A stretch of 64,000 nucleotides of DNA from positions 3,162,001-3,226,000 of the forward strand of contig OX337240.1 in assembly GCA_946965045.2 (NCBI GenBank), given 5' to 3'. Both the position numbers and the translations under genes were made by a program. This document shows positions 59,721-64,000 of this stretch, piece by piece. How positions within the stretch are numbered: the stretch's first letter is position 1; each line of letters opens with the position of its first letter. The notes below the pieces were generated by a model. That model was not told the origin of the DNA, searched no databases, and saw only the letters and a program-made list of their open reading frames with translations. Source of the stretch: Epithemia pelagica. Its lineage: Eukaryota > Protista > Bacillariophyta.

Positions 59721-62700
59721 ATAGTTTTGCTAGGAATTGACCTTTTTCCGGTGCGCACTAAGTTCACTCTGTAGAATCACATGCGCGACCGGAAAAAGGT
59801 CGATTTCAAATCACTGTATTGCTGCGTGCTATATTTAGTGCGACCGGAAAAAGGTCGATTTCGACCGGAAAAAGGTCGATTTCAGAACCTACATTAACTC
59901 TCCATAGTAAACCATATTCCTTCTTGTCGCTCAAAGATTTTGAGGTGAATGATCTCTGGTGTTAGGGCCTTTTCAGTTTTTGAGGTGAATGACCCTCTTT
60001 AGGGCCTCTTTTTTGGCTGCAAAGGGTCATACGTTTCAGAACCTACATTAACTCTCCATAGTAAACCATATTCCTTCTTGTCGCTCAAAGATTTTGAGGT
60101 GAATGATCTCTGGTGTTAGGGCCTTTTCAGTTTTTGAGGTGAATGACCCTCTTTAGGGCCTCTTTTTTGGCTGCAAAGGGTCATACGTCCCAAACCTATT
60201 TTGACCATAGGAACGACAACAGCCACCATGGAGTTTGACGATTACTTGGGGCTTGTGGACTTTGCCACACCCTGTGGCTTGGTCTGTAAACTCTGTGGTG
60301 TTGGTTTCCGAGCAAACATGAAGTGCCTTGCTCGTCACGCCAAGACTTGCTCTGAGGTTCATGCAGTGTCATTTCGGTTCCCTGGAAGACATCTTGGAAA
60401 AAAGATACACGACTTGGTGGAGAATGCCAACAACCAACCGTTTGATTGTTTCATACACGAGTCCAAGGAAACAGATATCAAGTATTTCTGTGGTCACTGT
60501 GACAAGATGTTTCACAAGAAGCTTTTGTGCGAGAAGCACACTGCTGGTTGTTGCAACAATGCTGAAGTGATTCCGAAGACCTTCCACAAGCTGAAGTGTG
60601 GATGCTTCATGCCAAGGCCCCAAAGAGAAACCATGCAGCAAAAAACCAACTGGACCCCAATAATTCAAGTTGAGAATTCAACATTTACCATGCCGTTGCC
60701 CTGCAGCAGGTTACCCAACGAGTTTGCAAGTTCGATTGAACCATTATTGCATCCAAGCGACACTTTGGGAAGGTGGCCCGATGTACTGAGTAATATGATT
60801 CCTGGCACGTTGGAGAATGCCCTTGGAGACATTGAACAAGGAATTATGTTTGAAGCCGAGTATCATAAGAGAGGAAATAACACTGCAATCAACCGACTCT
60901 ATCAGGTTGGTTGTTACCTTCTGGACAGAGTGGCTTCGATCGTAATGGGGATTCCAGCAGACATTCGGAGTCGGATTGCTAAGTTTGATTTCCATGATGG
61001 TGATGTGGATCACTCATGGAATTTCAGCCATCGACATGATTATGACAAACGAGTGAAACCTCTACTCCTCTCTCTCTTGTGTTTCCTGCATCAGAGGCAG
61101 TGGAAGAGATGGAACTATTTTTGCCGCCAGGTTGAAGGTGATGGATTCTCTGTGGACACTGCATTCCAAAATTGTGTTCTTGGGTCACTCCTGACAGAGT
61201 TGGTACTCGACAGTGAGATTTCTTGTTGGTCCGACTCAGGGGTAGTGTTACTGTTCTCTCGGCAGAGGTTGTTCACTAAGACGAAGAATGGCTTGAGGTT
61301 GAAATCATGTGGAGTTGCCGCTCAAGAACTCGGTGAGTCCCCCTTTCCCCCTGTCAATGAATATACTTGGTTGTTCAAATCTCATGTCTTCTTTCATCTC
61401 TTTCTAGCTGACCTTTTACATCTGCTTCGCTGTGGGGTTGCGGCTGGCTTAAAATACTACGATGGGCAGGGCAAGTTGGTCGAGCAGGTCATGGAACGGT
61501 ACAGACATTGTCCTACAATACACTTTCTCTGTCCTAAGATTTATTCTTTGAGGAAGCAATATCAAGAGAAGCCTCCTAAAAGGGAGGTTGTGGTCGATGA
61601 GTTCTTCAATATCATTGTTGATGGACATGCATTCCAAAAAGCACATTGGTCTAAGGTCGTTCCTACGGTTGTGGAAAAGGCCCACGGTATTTTTGATGCA
61701 TGCTTTGTCGGAAAGGCATACGAGAAATTCCTCTGCTTAGATGGTGACTTGACTATTGTGGAGTGGTCCAAGGGTTTGGGATCGCTGCCAGATGGTACCA
61801 ACACACAAGATTTGGAATGCAAGGAACTGGTGAAAAGTCAGTTCGAACGACTAACTGCCTTGATGGAATTTGCCATCCATGGTTTTGGCTGTGGTGCAGA
61901 TCGGTTCTCAGAGGTCCATTGTCTCGATGTGACTCAGCTTCGGTGGAAAAATACAAACTACCAAGATTTATATGTTTCTGCACCGAGTCGTAAACAACCC
62001 AAACTGCAAGCTGATGATCGACCCCCTGTTGAACACAAGATGCCTCGGATCATAGCAAGGTGTCTATTTCTCTACAGAGTTGTGGTGCTGAAAGTTTGGA
62101 ATGGGCCCAATGCAAGGAGATTTTTTCCACAATATGGTAATGACCGGAGGTTTTTCTTTGAGGATGTTGCCCAAGAGATTTTCAGCTTGGATAGTCGTCC
62201 TGGTTCAGTGGTTGTTCGACAGTTCTGGACTTCTCTTGTGAACTTGCTCTTTCCAGACAGCAACAGTCAGGCATTGGTCTCTTCAACAGCATTGAGTGAG
62301 TTGAGTAAGCACTCCCAACAGACTGCAATGTCCAACTACCAGACACGCGTGAGCAACAGTCATGAGATCTACTATGCCCGATTTCATCGTTACATCGGTA
62401 CCAAATGTATGATCGTGGACTCGGTATGCCATCAGCTGACAATAACAAGCCGTCAGCATCGGTTAGAAGCATTACGATTGTTGTTGGGTGATGAAGAAGC
62501 AACATTCCGAGGCAATCAAGAAACAGCAATTGATATGTGCACCAATTCACCGGGAAGACATAAACTTATGCTTCAACCTTGTGGATCGGGCAAAACCATG
62601 AACATCTTGGTGCGTTGTGTGGTGGAATCCATTCGAGGACTGAAGACTTCGACCAACATGTTTCTTGTGCCCTACAACTTCTTGGCTAGCTATCAAATGG

Positions 62701-64000
62701 TCAAAGTCAAAGCCTTCTTGGAAAAGGCATCACAAACTTTGGGTTTGCATGATGGTTTATGTGTCGAGATGTTGGCAAAGAACGATCTATGTCATGAGAA
62801 TTGGCCCAACTGGTTTGCACGGGATGACTTGCCCGAAGTCATAGTGATGACAATCGATGGATTTGCGACCTTCTTCAAAGACCATCTAACAAAACTTTCT
62901 GGATGGTGCTCCAATGGAAAGTTGAATGGGATTTTTGTCGATGAGGCACAAACCATCGTTACAGAGGTCGACTTCCGTCCATGCTATTCTTGTCTACGGG
63001 AAATATCTGCACTTGGAGTCGCCGTAACACTGATGTCTGGAAGTATTTCGATGAGTTTTGGTCAGAAATTGATGGACTTCCTCGATTTGAGTGGTTCTGC
63101 ATATCACGGATTGTCGGATTATCTCTCGGGAGAGAACCCAGTTGGTGATGGATTCGACTTACATGTGAGATATGTACAAAAATCTGTTGGGGCAGATGTC
63201 GTTGACATTGTGACTGAGAAGACCATGCGACATGTCCACGTGATTTGTGCAAGCAAGGATATGGTTTTGGAGGTTTATGAAGCACTGTGCTTATCTCATC
63301 CTGGCTTGAATGTTGAGAAGTTAACTTCGGAGAGTGAACAACAGGTTAGAGATGGCGTGGCATCTTCCTGGGCAGACGGTACTACAAATATTCTTGTGGG
63401 AACGACCTGTACCTTGGTCGGTAATGAGAATCAAAGATGCAGAACAATCATGATCATTGGCATGTTGTATGATTGCTCAAATGTTGTACAGTCCATGGGA
63501 AGACTAAGGCCGTCACAACGTGGAAATAATTCTTCTGTCCATATTCTAATCCCGTTTCAAGACTTCAACAATGATGGGGCAATCCGGGTAAAGACTAAGA
63601 GACGTTTGGACTATCTGAGAGAAATTGGTTTGCTCACGAATGAGGAAAGCCTTGACTGTGTTACTGACTGCTTCACAATGCATGGATTGAAGATGTGGTT
63701 GACTAAAGAGGGATGTATGAAGACAAACCTCTGTCGTTGTTTCGAATATCATACAGAACACCAGTGTGGGCGGTGCACCAACTGCTGGAAAGGAATTCTG
63801 TGGATATATGATGGAAATTCAACCAGTGACAATGACGGCAAACGAAAAAGACATGCCAAAGATATTGAGCAAGGTGGCCAAAATGTGATACGAAGAACAC
63901 TCTTGGAACCAAGTACAATGTCTAAAAAAGCTATTCCATGTGCTACTGGTGCTATACAGCCACTTGCTAAAAAAGGTCGGGTTCCAAATCCATATGCAAC
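59716..64000 (+). mobile_element. Recombinase-helicase element (left end plus gene), continuing beyond the window
   Basis: Begins CCCTAATAGTTTTGC. CGACCGGAAAAAGGTCGATTTC repeats at about 59740-59883; 154-bp direct duplication (59881 / 60035) containing GTGAATGACCCT...TTAGGGCC. Confidence 0.75.
60228..64000 (+). CDS. Zn-finger + tyrosine-recombinase-like + RecQ-like SF2 helicase (telomere-linked-helicase-like), 3' incomplete
   Basis: I translated a stop-free frame from ATG 60228 to the window end, with a probable in-frame 75-bp intron at 61333-61407. Motifs CKLC..RH, CGHCDKMFH; GCGADRFSEV, SRK, VVRQFWTS, SKHS..AMSNY; FRGNQ, QPCGSGKT, VDEAQ..FRPCY, LMSGS, ILVGTT, QSMGRLRP, C..NL..F..CGRCTNC. 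Confidence 0.85.
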   Translation, partial: MEFDDYLGLVDFATPCGLVCKLCGVGFRANMKCLARHAKTCSEVHAVSFRFPGRHLGKKIHDLVENANNQPFDCFIHESKETDIKYFCGHCDKMFHKKLLCEKHTAGCCNNAEVIPKTFHKLKCGCFMPRPQRETMQQKTNWTPIIQVENSTFTMPLPCSRLPNEFASSIEPLLHPSDTLGRWPDVLSNMIPGTLENALGDIEQGIMFEAEYHKRGNNTAINRLYQVGCYLLDRVASIVMGIPADIRSRIAKFDFHDGDVDHSWNFSHRHDYDKRVKPLLLSLLCFLHQRQWKRWNYFCRQVEGDGFSVDTAFQNCVLGSLLTELVLDSEISCWSDSGVVLLFSRQRLFTKTKNGLRLKSCGVAAQELGESPFPPVNEYTWLFKSHVFFHLFLADLLHLLRCGVAAGLKYYDGQGKLVEQVMERYRHCPTIHFLCPKIYSLRKQYQEKPPKREVVVDEFFNIIVDGHAFQKAHWSKVVPTVVEKAHGIFDACFVGKAYEKFLCLDGDLTIVEWSKGLGSLPDGTNTQDLECKELVKSQFERLTALMEFAIHGFGCGADRFSEVHCLDVTQLRWKNTNYQDLYVSAPSRKQPKLQADDRPPVEHKMPRIIARCLFLYRVVVLKVWNGPNARRFFPQYGNDRRFFFEDVAQEIFSLDSRPGSVVVRQFWTSLVNLLFPDSNSQALVSSTALSELSKHSQQTAMSNYQTRVSNSHEIYYARFHRYIGTKCMIVDSVCHQLTITSRQHRLEALRLLLGDEEATFRGNQETAIDMCTNSPGRHKLMLQPCGSGKTMNILVRCVVESIRGLKTSTNMFLVPYNFLASYQMVKVKAFLEKASQTLGLHDGLCVEMLAKNDLCHENWPNWFARDDLPEVIVMTIDGFATFFKDHLTKLSGWCSNGKLNGIFVDEAQTIVTEVDFRPCYSCLREISALGVAVTLMSGSISMSFGQKLMDFLDLSGSAYHGLSDYLSGENPVGDGFDLHVRYVQKSVGADVVDIVTEKTMRHVHVICASKDMVLEVYEALCLSHPGLNVEKLTSESEQQVRDGVASSWADGTTNILVGTTCTLVGNENQRCRTIMIIGMLYDCSNVVQSMGRLRPSQRGNNSSVHILIPFQDFNNDGAIRVKTKRRLDYLREIGLLTNEESLDCVTDCFTMHGLKMWLTKEGCMKTNLCRCFEYHTEHQCGRCTNCWKGILWIYDGNSTSDNDGKRKRHAKDIEQGGQNVIRRTLLEPSTMSKKAIPCATGAIQPLAKKGRVPNPYA

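Noticed and set aside
1-64000. rRNA, tRNA or prokaryotic operon features
   Set aside because: None recognisable.

Overview
Eukaryotic, most likely diatom (short GT-AG introns, CoDi-type Copia remnants, secreted subtilase with Met/Gly/Lys tail), transposon-dense and probably subtelomeric DNA. Left to right: (1) a secreted Asp-Glu-Ser subtilase gene; (2) a 9.7-kb IS630/Tc1/mariner-type element with 40-bp TIRs carrying a SET + 2OG-Fe(II)-like fusion gene; (3) a 10-kb polarised array of fragments of an element encoding a Zn-finger + tyrosine-recombinase-like + RecQ-like helicase protein, in which nearly every fragment is cut at a CCC(TA) site and joined to an element end beginning with one telomere-type unit (CCCTAA-GG); (4) two tandem degenerate CoDi-like LTR retroelements, the first interrupted by (5) a precisely delimited 23.2-kb Plavaka/CACTA-like transposon carrying a TET/JBP-like dioxygenase, a RING protein and 170-bp and 105-bp satellites; (6) an apparently intact recombinase-helicase gene (60228 to window end, absent from the ORF track because it has no stop in the window), again starting after CCCTAA. 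All family assignments come from motif reading by eye; no database searches were run.
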